Shown here piece by piece: positions 37,453-45,766 of a DNA stretch of 64,000 nucleotides. The notes beneath the pieces are model-generated. The model was not told the origin of the DNA, did no database searches, and saw nothing but the letters and a program-made list of their open reading frames with translations. Location of the stretch: contig OZ244744.1 of NCBI GenBank assembly GCA_965219455.1, positions 3,296,001-3,360,000 on the forward strand, written 5' to 3'. How positions within the stretch are numbered: position 1 is the first letter of the stretch; every line of letters begins with the position of its first letter. Position numbers and translations under genes: made by a program. This DNA comes from Candidatus Latescibacterota bacterium (GTDB lineage Bacteria > Latescibacterota > UBA2968 > GCA-2709665).

Positions 37453-38502
37453 TCAGGATAGTGGAAAGTCGACCCGGGCGTTTCCCGCGTGATGCGACTT
37501 CAGAATGCCCAGAATGACCTCCAGCGACTTCCTCGCCTCACGAGCGGGAGAAACCGGTTCTCCTCCGTGCTCAAGCAAGTGTACCAATTCCGCCACCATG
37601 GCGCCCTTGGAATGGAGCATGTAATGCTCCGGAACGATCTCGGAAGTCTCGAACGAGGCGCCGCGGATCAGCCTGGCGGACGTATCGGTCGCTTCCACCC
37701 GCCCGTCCTCGCACGTCAGAACGAACCGCCACCCGGAAAACCCCGTCTTGAAGGAGTTGAAAAAGGCCCTTACGCCATTCCCGAACCGGATGTAGGCCGA
37801 GGCATATGGATCGCTTGCGGAATCCTTTCCTCCCCCTCCCTGATACTCGGTGAAGTGTTCGAACCCGTCCTGCAGGTCCGCCACCAGCCACTGAGGGTCC
37901 CCGTCGGCAAAAAAGCAGACCGTATCCAGGGCATGGGTTCCATTGCGAAACAACATCGACCGCAGACCGAACATCTCGCACCCGATGGTGCGCAGCGGTC
38001 CGATCCGGCCGCTTCGGACAATCTCACGCGCCTTGAGGTACTGTGGGTACCACCTGCGGGAGTGATCCACTGAAAGAATGGTCCCGCTCGCTTCGGCCGC
38101 GGCAATCATCCGGTCGGCGTCTTCGAGCGTTGTCGCCAGGGGTTTCTCACAAAGTATCGCGGGCGTACCGCGTTCAGCAGCGGCCACAACGATATCGGCG
38201 TGGAAGTGGTCGGACGTCGCGACGCTCACCAGGTCGGGGCTCTCAGTCTCCAGCATCTCCCGATAATCGACGTAATAGCGCATATCGGGCCACACGTCGT
38301 TCCAGTTCGCCCTGAATCCGTCCAGCGCCTCCTCACGCAGGTCGCACACACCGGTCAGCCGTGTCTGAGGACACCGGTAATAGGCCGAGGCGTGCGACAT
38401 CGGCATCGCGCCATATACCGGCAGATTTTCTTCTTCCACCGGCCGTTTGGCCCCGATTCCCGTCAGCCCTACGATAACCGCGCGGTATTCACCTCCGGAC
38501 AT
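37453..38502 (-). CDS. Gfo/Idh/MocA family oxidoreductase
   Basis: AVIVGLTGIG, DLVSVAT...HA, ILCEKPLA, GTHALD motifs. Confidence 0.9.
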   Translation of the reverse strand: MSGGEYRAVIVGLTGIGAKRPVEEENLPVYGAMPMSHASAYYRCPQTRLTGVCDLREEALDGFRANWNDVWPDMRYYVDYREMLETESPDLVSVATSDHFHADIVVAAAERGTPAILCEKPLATTLEDADRMIAAAEASGTILSVDHSRRWYPQYLKAREIVRSGRIGPLRTIGCEMFGLRSMLFRNGTHALDTVCFFADGDPQWLVADLQDGFEHFTEYQGGGGKDSASDPYASAYIRFGNGVRAFFNSFKTGFSGWRFVLTCEDGRVEATDTSARLIRGASFETSEIVPEHYMLHSKGAMVAELVHLLEHGGEPVSPAREARKSLEVILGILKSHHAGNARVDFPLS

Positions 38503-38556
38503 TTGTCACCCCCATAAGAAAATCAAGACGGCCTGCAGCGAGAAGTCGGCGTGCGC

Positions 38557-40989
38557 TCACACCGTTACATAGTCCGACGGTGTGCTCGGGACGCCACCGG
38601 CATCCACCGCCACGACCCGATAGGACATCCCCTTCTCAACGTCGTTCAACGGCCAACTGTTTTGATCGACAGCGCCCAGCAAATTCCCATCCGTCGCGGA
38701 AAACCCGCCGGGCTCCCGGCAGCCGTGAACAAGATAGCGTTTCGCACGGTTCCCTTCGTCGTTCGCGGACCATACCAGCGTTCGTTTTCTGCCCCTGCCC
38801 TCCAATCTCAGGCCCACCGGAAGACGCGGGCCGTGGGGCACGAATGAACGCACTTCGCTCCAATCCCCCCACACCCCCTTTTCGTTCCGCGCCCGGACAC
38901 GCCAGTAATACGTTTCGTCCGGATTCAGCAGATTGGGAAACTCCGCCTGCCACTTCGTCCCGCCCGCGTAGGCGGTTCTTCCAACGTACCGGTCGAACGC
39001 GGGGCATACGCACCACCTGAAGTCCGCATACCGGCTGACCTGTATGTGGTAATCTTCCACCTTTCCGCTGCCCCCCCGCGCGCGCTTCCAGCGGAATTCG
39101 AAATCCAGCCTGTTCGCGTCGGCGCCTTGTTCAGGGTACACCAGCCCGGGGGCTCCCGGTGGACGGATGGATCGTTCCTCCTGCCAGCCATACGTGACCT
39201 GCACCTTCCGGTTTCCGGGGCTGTCATCCCGGTAGGCAATCGTATTCTCGCCGCAGAATAGCGAAGGCAGAGACCGCGTGGCGCATTGGATATCCGTATC
39301 GAAACGGATCGCGTCCAGACCCACAGCGTCGGGCCGGGATCCCGCCCACATGGCCACTTTGACGTAGTATTCGTAACCTGGGCCCATCCGCCAACCCAGA
39401 TCCGTCTCCCCGCGCCAATCGTTCAGCGCCGGGTTGAGGTACCAGTCCAGTTCCACACGGGCGTCCAGCCGCCGCCCGATGGCGACCCACAAAGACCGCC
39501 AGTCTTCGCCGTCTTTGGAAAACAGCACTTCCAGACCGTCTTCCTGCGTGTCACATCGACATCTGATACCCACTTGCGCCCCGGCAATCGCGTAGGGCGA
39601 CGTCACACGCCACACCACCTCCGACACCTCCCCTTTCTTTTCAGGATGCAGCGCAACCCGCCTCCCTGAAGTCTCCTGTACGACGTTTTTCGCGTGTTCG
39701 GCCCCCCTCAAAGCAAGCGGGTTGCGCAGGTCGGGCCGGTAGGCCAGTTTGCCGTTGGAATACCGTACGGTCGGGTAAAGCCGCTTCCCCCGGATCACGT
39801 TCTTTCCCACGTTGTCCCAGTAGCGGACGAGTTTCTCGCCAGGGCGCAGCCGCAGCGCCATTGTCCGTGCGGGCGGGAATTCCCCCGGCGTCTGTTTGAT
39901 CTTTCCCGCGGCGTCCATCCAGGCGCCGCCCTTGTTGGGAGGATATACGAACTGGCCTTCCCGGAAGGGCGTGTAGTAATAGTCCTTCTCGGGCAGGTCG
40001 CGCCCGCACAGGCCCAGGTTGCGGTGGGAGCGGCGCAGCAGGTCGATATCCCTGGCCAGGTCCTCGGAACCGGCAACGGTCCTGTTGTCCCGTTTAAGAA
40101 AAAACACCATGAGATCCGTATCCAGAAAATGCCATGCCCCGTCCGTATACGCCTCGAAGATATCGTGCCCGCAACTGCGCCCGCGGCCGTATCCGTCGAT
40201 GGTGCCTCCAAGCCAGATTTCCCGGCCCTCCACGCCCATCGCCTCAGCGATGCGCCGGCTCGTGATGGCGTTGGCCACACAGCCCTCGAACCCGTACACG
40301 TTGAAGAGTCTGACGGGGTCGCTGGTCTGGTCGAACCAGGACATACCGATCCGGCTGTCGTAAAGCTCGTCGACCACGAATTTCCAGATCGCCATCATCT
40401 TGTCCCGGTCGCTCAGCCGTCCTCCGCCGGCGATGCCGGAGATCTCTTTCGCCATCGTCTCCGCCGACCACCAGTCCCGCTGCCCGTTTGCCACCACCCA
40501 TGGGTTCTCCACGTCCGTCTCTCCAACGTTCTCGATGGCGACGTACCGGTTGGGCTCGAAGGCCTGGTCGTACGGCGGCATACTCGAATTGGGACCGGGA
40601 CAGTAGACCTCCGGGCCCACAGTCACCGTATTGGATTCATCCAGGTACCCCCCCATGGAAATCGTGAATTCCTCGTGATTCCCCGTCAGCACGAAACGCC
40701 GCTCCTTCTGCGCCCGGGGCACGGCAACCCGAAGCGGACTTCCTTCCCCGAGGCTGCTCGTTTCCGGATACAGACTGGGCGCCCGCCATTCCACCGCAAG
40801 GTAGAAATAGGTCTTTCCCGGTTCCAGGTACACCGTATCGTCATACGTCTCATCAAACGCCAGCCCCACCTCTTCGTAGGGCCCGGTCGCCTTGCGAGAC
40901 CTGTATATGCGGGCACCGGTGGCGCCTGCCAGTCCCACCCCCAACCGCACCTGGTTCACCGCAACCTGCAAAACCTGTAGTTTCAACAT
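38557..40989 (-). CDS. Transglutaminase-like (Cys-His-Asp) domain protein with Fn3-like domains
   Basis: YGFEGC...GHDIFEAYTDGAWHFLDTD triad. C-terminal YYWRVRARN..G.WG.WS and YRVVAVD..G..S.PSD Fn3 motifs. Confidence 0.65.
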   Translation of the reverse strand: MLKLQVLQVAVNQVRLGVGLAGATGARIYRSRKATGPYEEVGLAFDETYDDTVYLEPGKTYFYLAVEWRAPSLYPETSSLGEGSPLRVAVPRAQKERRFVLTGNHEEFTISMGGYLDESNTVTVGPEVYCPGPNSSMPPYDQAFEPNRYVAIENVGETDVENPWVVANGQRDWWSAETMAKEISGIAGGGRLSDRDKMMAIWKFVVDELYDSRIGMSWFDQTSDPVRLFNVYGFEGCVANAITSRRIAEAMGVEGREIWLGGTIDGYGRGRSCGHDIFEAYTDGAWHFLDTDLMVFFLKRDNRTVAGSEDLARDIDLLRRSHRNLGLCGRDLPEKDYYYTPFREGQFVYPPNKGGAWMDAAGKIKQTPGEFPPARTMALRLRPGEKLVRYWDNVGKNVIRGKRLYPTVRYSNGKLAYRPDLRNPLALRGAEHAKNVVQETSGRRVALHPEKKGEVSEVVWRVTSPYAIAGAQVGIRCRCDTQEDGLEVLFSKDGEDWRSLWVAIGRRLDARVELDWYLNPALNDWRGETDLGWRMGPGYEYYVKVAMWAGSRPDAVGLDAIRFDTDIQCATRSLPSLFCGENTIAYRDDSPGNRKVQVTYGWQEERSIRPPGAPGLVYPEQGADANRLDFEFRWKRARGGSGKVEDYHIQVSRYADFRWCVCPAFDRYVGRTAYAGGTKWQAEFPNLLNPDETYYWRVRARNEKGVWGDWSEVRSFVPHGPRLPVGLRLEGRGRKRTLVWSANDEGNRAKRYLVHGCREPGGFSATDGNLLGAVDQNSWPLNDVEKGMSYRVVAVDAGGVPSTPSDYVTV

Positions 40990-41021
40990 TGCTGCCCTCC
41001 GTGTCAGCCTTCACGCGCGCG

Positions 41022-42158
41022 TCAGGGGGACCCCTGGTCGTCGCTGGCTGTTTTCTCCCGCAGGGAAATCCGCTCGATCTGCGGTTGGATGTACGACATC
41101 ACGGCGGCGAACACGACCAGGCCCCACCCGATCGAGAGGATCAGGTGCCCCCCGACCAATGCCCTGGCGGCCACCGATACGGGGATAATATCCATGTAGT
41201 CCCTGGCCAGCGCCGTAAAGAAGGAAAATGACATCCAGTCGACGATACCGGACGCATTCCCGTCGCCCGTGAACGCATCCTGGCTGAAACGTCCCAGCAT
41301 GCCGTAGAAGCCGGCGAACAGGACAATTAGCGTCAGGTAGCCAATCGCAAAGCTTCCGATGGGGACCCACATCACCTTCAGGTATCCGGTGAGTTGCGCG
41401 TAAACGCGGAGCCGGGGCTGAATCCACACCGCGGCCGCCCGCCCTACCAGGAACGTGGCGATCGGTACGACAATCATACACACGATGATATATACAGTCG
41501 CGATCAGAACGGCGCTGATCGGAACGTCGTTTATGTGGACGGTCCGCCTCTCGAACTCCCCCGCTGCCAGTAATACGACAGAGGCCCACATCGCCAGGGA
41601 CCCGAGTATCAGCAAAACGGGGGGACGAAAAGTGCGCCTGGCGGCGATCTGTCCGTACGAGCCGGCAATAAGGGCGGTCGGCGCTATCACCATTAGTGAA
41701 GATATCAGCCCGTGGACACCGAGTCCGGGCAGCAGACCCAATCCGAGCAGGACGGACATCGTAAGGGACTCGAGGACGGCGCGCCGATATCCGCGCTGAG
41801 CCCCCGGAGAGATCCCGTCGACCAGACCGACGGCGAGCGCAACGACCGGCGGAACGATGAACAGTGTGCCATCCTGGGGTATGATGCCGGCAAGAAGCGC
41901 CGTGATAAGCCCGGCCACCGAACCGATCAGGATGCCGGTAGACAGACCGGCACGCTGTCCCACGCGGAGGCCCAGGCCGACGCCGAACGCGAGCCCGGAA
42001 CCCGCGCCCATAAGGACGTCCTTGTGTACGCCGGTGATCGCGTAGCCGAACGGCACGACAATGATCGAGACGCCTGCTGCTATCCGAATGCAGAGCCAGG
42101 CCAGGCGGCCAACGGTCCGAAGCGACAGCCGACTCTCGGGAAGTTCAAAAATTGGCAA
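41022..42158 (-). CDS. Membrane protein with C-terminal 2TM/P ion-channel-like domain (degenerate filter)
   Basis: Gly-rich TM N-terminus, then LFAGFY...F.G....DWMSFSFFTALARDYMDIIPVSVAARALV, matching the Ion_trans_2 layout without TVGYG. Confidence 0.6.
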   Translation of the reverse strand: MPIFELPESRLSLRTVGRLAWLCIRIAAGVSIIVVPFGYAITGVHKDVLMGAGSGLAFGVGLGLRVGQRAGLSTGILIGSVAGLITALLAGIIPQDGTLFIVPPVVALAVGLVDGISPGAQRGYRRAVLESLTMSVLLGLGLLPGLGVHGLISSLMVIAPTALIAGSYGQIAARRTFRPPVLLILGSLAMWASVVLLAAGEFERRTVHINDVPISAVLIATVYIIVCMIVVPIATFLVGRAAAVWIQPRLRVYAQLTGYLKVMWVPIGSFAIGYLTLIVLFAGFYGMLGRFSQDAFTGDGNASGIVDWMSFSFFTALARDYMDIIPVSVAARALVGGHLILSIGWGLVVFAAVMSYIQPQIERISLREKTASDDQGSP

Positions 42159-42261
42159 TGCCGATATCTCCTGAATTGCCGGCTTCTTATTTTCTACCCC
42201 GAAAATTTCTCACCATTCATCCCGTCTCGCTACGTCACATTCCTTGGCCGTGCTTCACCAC

Positions 42262-42500
42262 CCCCAAACGTCCCCTATTCCCTTGCCCTTTTTCTTGCTT
42301 CGCCCAAGAAAAAGGGCGAAAAAGAAGGGCGCCGCTCGGCGCGGGGCCGGTTTTTCCGTGAATCACTTCAGAGGCACAAATGGGAATTCGGTGCCCTTCG
42401 AGCCCCTGAAGTGTACCAATACAACGGTGCTGGACGGATTGACACGGAAAAACCCCCCACACCACCAGTTCCACGTGAAGTAATCCGGCAAGGCCCGCCG
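42262..42500 (+). ncRNA. Candidate structured element with H-type pseudoknot, copy 2
   Basis: 13-bp stem gccctttttcttg/caagaaaaagggc; cgccc pairs with gggcg; 12-bp long-range stem ggtttttccgtg/cacggaaaaacc; cacttcag/ctgaagtg. Confidence 0.45.
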
Positions 42501-42632
42501 CATGGTTTCGCGGTTTTGGCTAACACAGAACACTGATTGCTGTCTTTACCTTTGTGTCTTCGCGTCTCCGTGTGAGCCGTATCTCGTCGTTGCCGACGTC
42601 CGAATACGGGGTGTGATTTTATCTCGCTTTCT

Positions 42633-44228
42633 TCATGAACCGAATGCGCTGGCAAAAGCGATGAAGTCCGCGAAGTTGACGTGGCCGTTGCCGTCCAGAT
42701 CGAATTTTTCGTCGAACGAATCGGACCCGGACGTCGAACCGAAATTGCGCGCAAATGCGATGAAATCCTGGAAATCCACCTGCCTGTCGCCGTTGAAGTC
42801 CGAGGACTTGAGCTCGGGGGGGCCGTCAAGGACTGCCCTGGTGTGGAGGATGTGCGGAATTTCCAGCCCGGGTCCGTCGAGGCGGTTGAACAGCGCCCAG
42901 TAAATATCCCAGATCCGTGGATCCCACCGGCACAGTTCGATCCAACCCCGGATTATCGTTGCGTCTCCGTCCCGCCCGTCCACGCGGGCGCCGATCTTCG
43001 GATTCGGGAGCGAACCGTTCCACATCTGATCCGTAAGCGTCCGCGCAAACCTGAGCATGTCCGCCCGCGTGAAGACCACGCCCCGCCGGTAGGCCTCGAC
43101 GGCGAATTCCACGTCGATATGCCCGTGGCTCGTATCCTCCGTGCGGCTCTGGTCGGGCCTGCCCGCCTCGACCCAGTCCCAGTAGGCCCAGGTATACGCA
43201 CCCCCGGTTTCCTTCAGCGAGTTCTTGAAAAACGAGGCCATCTGGTTGGCGCGCTCTTTGAACAAAGGATGGTCCGACACGTCTTTCAGTACCAGGAAGA
43301 CCCGGCCGAGCGCGAGGTACTGGTTGTGCGGGAGGATCCGGTTGGGAAATCGTTCGGCCGATGATTCGGTGAACCGGTAGGCTCCCATACCAGGCGCCAT
43401 CTGCACCCAGTAACGCTCCTGCTTTCTCAGAACGTGCTCCTCGATCAGACTGAGGTAGGACCGCGCTTTTTCCTCGTAGCGCCCCTTCAGGCTCTCGTTC
43501 CGCAGGGCCAGTTCGATAAACTGCGCGATGGGGTACAGGATCATCCCCTCGTGCACGGCGTATTCCAGGGGGCGCACCGCCCACGTCTCCACCCGGAACT
43601 TGTCTCCGATCTCCGGAACCCTGTCCAGGCGCAATTTGAACCCCGCGATGCCGGGGATATCCTGGCCCAGAGAATACGGTCCGTCGTAGACCACCTCCGG
43701 GCCGGTGAGGTTCCGCACCACGTACCGATCGGGTCCGATCCGTTCGAAGATGTACTCCGCGTCGATCGCTTCATGAGCCTGCTCTATATTCGTGACCGTG
43801 GCCTCTTCGGGTCTGATCGACGCCGTCCCCCGGTTGTGCAGCGCCCGGGCCCGCATCCGGGACACGGAATACCGGTCCGTGTGCCACCCGGGGATACCGT
43901 CGCCGTCGTGGTCGCTTATATTGGCGACCATCCGGTCGAAGTGGTCCACGACCTTGTCCAGCCACCGAGTATACCGGGTCACCCGGTACATCTTGACGTA
44001 GGCGTTCAGGTAGTAACTCTCGCCCCACGCCAGCGTGGCGGAACTCGCACTCTCGGAATATGCCTTTCCCGCGTTTCGAGAGACGTCGAAGCCCACGAAT
44101 CGCTTTGCCAGGGTCTCCGGATCGAAGCCTGCGGTCTGTGCCCGCGTTTCCCGACCTGCGAATAGCGCCAGGAAGCCAATCGCTGCGAGAAAGGCGGATC
44201 CAACGCGACGATTCATCTCCATTCTCAT
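42633..44228 (-). CDS. Secreted (alpha/alpha)-toroid-like protein with C-terminal dockerin/EF-hand pair
   Basis: Signal peptide. Tail SDFNGDRQVDFQDFIAFARNFG...FDLDGNGHVNFADFIAFASAFGS is a duplicated Ca-binding dockerin-like repeat. Confidence 0.7.
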   Translation of the reverse strand: MRMEMNRRVGSAFLAAIGFLALFAGRETRAQTAGFDPETLAKRFVGFDVSRNAGKAYSESASSATLAWGESYYLNAYVKMYRVTRYTRWLDKVVDHFDRMVANISDHDGDGIPGWHTDRYSVSRMRARALHNRGTASIRPEEATVTNIEQAHEAIDAEYIFERIGPDRYVVRNLTGPEVVYDGPYSLGQDIPGIAGFKLRLDRVPEIGDKFRVETWAVRPLEYAVHEGMILYPIAQFIELALRNESLKGRYEEKARSYLSLIEEHVLRKQERYWVQMAPGMGAYRFTESSAERFPNRILPHNQYLALGRVFLVLKDVSDHPLFKERANQMASFFKNSLKETGGAYTWAYWDWVEAGRPDQSRTEDTSHGHIDVEFAVEAYRRGVVFTRADMLRFARTLTDQMWNGSLPNPKIGARVDGRDGDATIIRGWIELCRWDPRIWDIYWALFNRLDGPGLEIPHILHTRAVLDGPPELKSSDFNGDRQVDFQDFIAFARNFGSTSGSDSFDEKFDLDGNGHVNFADFIAFASAFGS

Positions 44229-44291
44229 CGGTTACCCGTAAGAAAACCTCCCGAGACGGCAACTTGCCGGGGAAGCGGGATCCGTCCCTAA

Positions 44292-44407
44292 CAGTCCGTT
44301 GAAAAAGTCGCTCTGCAGGCGAGGCCGAGTCATTGTGGCCGAAGACAAGCTGCCTGCCTGTGCATACGCACAGGCAGGCAGCCCGGATGGACTTTTTCAA
44401 CGGGCTG
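44292..44407. mobile_element. MITE family B with an internal REP-like hairpin
   Basis: TIRs cagtccgttgaaaaagtc / gactttttcaacgggctg (17/18 match). Contains gctgcctgcctgtgc-atac-gcacaggcaggcagc. Confidence 0.75.
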
Positions 44408-44466
44408 ATAAGGGCCACAAAGGACAACAACGCCGATTTGTATCTCTGGCACACAGTCGTCACCCT

Positions 44467-44560
44467 CAGTGTTCTGACCCGGAAACAGGTGGTTTAAATT
44501 CGGCCGTCGAGTCGGGATGAATCGGTGGCCGAACGGTGAGATATTTTTGGGACAGGACAG
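44467..44560 (-). mobile_element. MITE family A, copy 3 (inverted, internally deleted)
   Basis: Reverse complement reads ctgtcctgtcccaaaaatatc...ttcatcccg|actcgacggccgaattta...tttccgggtcagaacactg. Confidence 0.7.
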
Positions 44561-44584
44561 CTCAAGCTGAACATGACAAGGCTC

Positions 44585-44917
44585 TCAACGATGCGCCGGC
44601 ACTTCTTCAGCGGCCACACGCGGATGAACGTTGATCTGCACGTCTACCTGCTGGCCGAGCTTATTGAGCACGCTCATCAGACGGTCAATGGTGAAGCGGT
44701 CAAGCTGAACGTTGCGAATGCGAGTAAAGTCCGCATGGTTTACACCGGTGCGGCTCTCGGCCTTGCGCGTCGAAAGCCCTTCGTCGTCAAGAATGCCGAT
44801 GATGCGGGCGGCCAGAAGTGCCCTGGTCTGCTGTACGTCGGCGTCAGCGCGGCCGAAGTCGCGGAAGACATTGCCGCTACCATGCACCAACTCAAAATCG
44901 TCTTCTGTTTTACTCAT
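44585..44917 (-). CDS. XRE/HTH antitoxin (HigA-like)
   Basis: GSGNVFRDFG..DAD...A......GLS..KA....GV...DF.RIRN..L.RFTIDRL. ATG overlaps the toxin-frame stop. Confidence 0.85.
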   Translation of the reverse strand: MSKTEDDFELVHGSGNVFRDFGRADADVQQTRALLAARIIGILDDEGLSTRKAESRTGVNHADFTRIRNVQLDRFTIDRLMSVLNKLGQQVDVQINVHPRVAAEEVPAHR

Positions 44918-45271
44918 TGCTGTAACTCCTTCTTCAATCGCTTTAGCCGCTCGCGGATCAGATCGATATCCTTCTTTGGGGTCTTGATGCCCTGTCTCGC
45001 CTTTTTCTTGAAGGCGTGCAACCCATACCCGCTCCTCAAGTTGCAGAGCGTAGACTGCCCGATACGCATCGGTGCGGTGCTTGAGTGCCACCTCAAATAT
45101 GCCGGAGCCGAAACCGAAACCCTTCATAGGCTTGGCGATGTCGGCCTTACGGCCTTCGTCCGCGACCGTCAGCGCCCGCATGATCGCGTTCTGCGGCCCT
45201 TGGGCAAAGCTGTCGAAAGCTTTGCGGGCCGCCCTGATCCAAGAGATCGGCCGGGTATCTCTGCTTCTCAT
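44914..45271 (-). pseudogene. RelE/HigB (Gp49-like) toxin, frameshifted near 45021
   Basis: N-half ...KPMKG..GSGIFEV...YRAVYA...RVW is in one frame and C-half LHAFKKK...GIKTPKKDIDLIRERLK in another. Span is 358 nt, not a multiple of 3. Confidence 0.8.
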
Positions 45272-45305
45272 GGGATATGATGGCAAATATAACACCAAGC
45301 GTCAA
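45272..45305 (-). promoter_or_regulatory. Leaderless-type promoter of the toxin-XRE module
   Basis: Minus strand TTGACG-N17-CATCAT-N5-ATG. Confidence 0.5.
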
Positions 45306-45766
45306 GGGGAACAAATCTTCCCGTTAACGTGCACTACGAATTCGGGGTGGGTCTTGGTCCGGATGGTGGTGGCGCCGCATTGGAACGTTTGCGACGTATT
45401 GAGTTAGCGACTTTATATTATTGACGCAACAGGATGATGCTGTCATGCTGTGCATTTGGGACATGTATAAAGTGTTGTACCGAATACACTTAAATCATAC
45501 AATAGAATTAAACGCCGCATTTTGGTCCACGAAATATCGGTGATGCACACCGTGTGTTGGCCCAGAAACAGATTTACATAATCGTTCGATTTTGTGAAGG
45601 ATGGCAGGACGGCCGTCAACCCGGGCGGGTGGTGTAGGGATGGCCGCCGAAGTGGGTCACGGCCAAGTCGAGAAACGAGACAGTGTGTTAAATTCCTACA
45701 CGTCTTTCAGCACCAGGTAAACGCGGCCGAGCGCCTTGAACTTTTGAAACACGGGCAGGCGCTCCG

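Noticed and set aside
44585-45298. 237-aa ORF as an ordinary single gene
   Set aside because: Better explained as a frameshifted toxin plus a separate antitoxin; the toxin C-terminus is intact in another frame.
45410-45720. Riboswitch or sRNA in the AT-rich gap (ggtcacggccaagtcgagaaacgagac)
   Set aside because: Only superficial similarity to c-di-GMP-type motifs; the conserved core and pairings could not be built.
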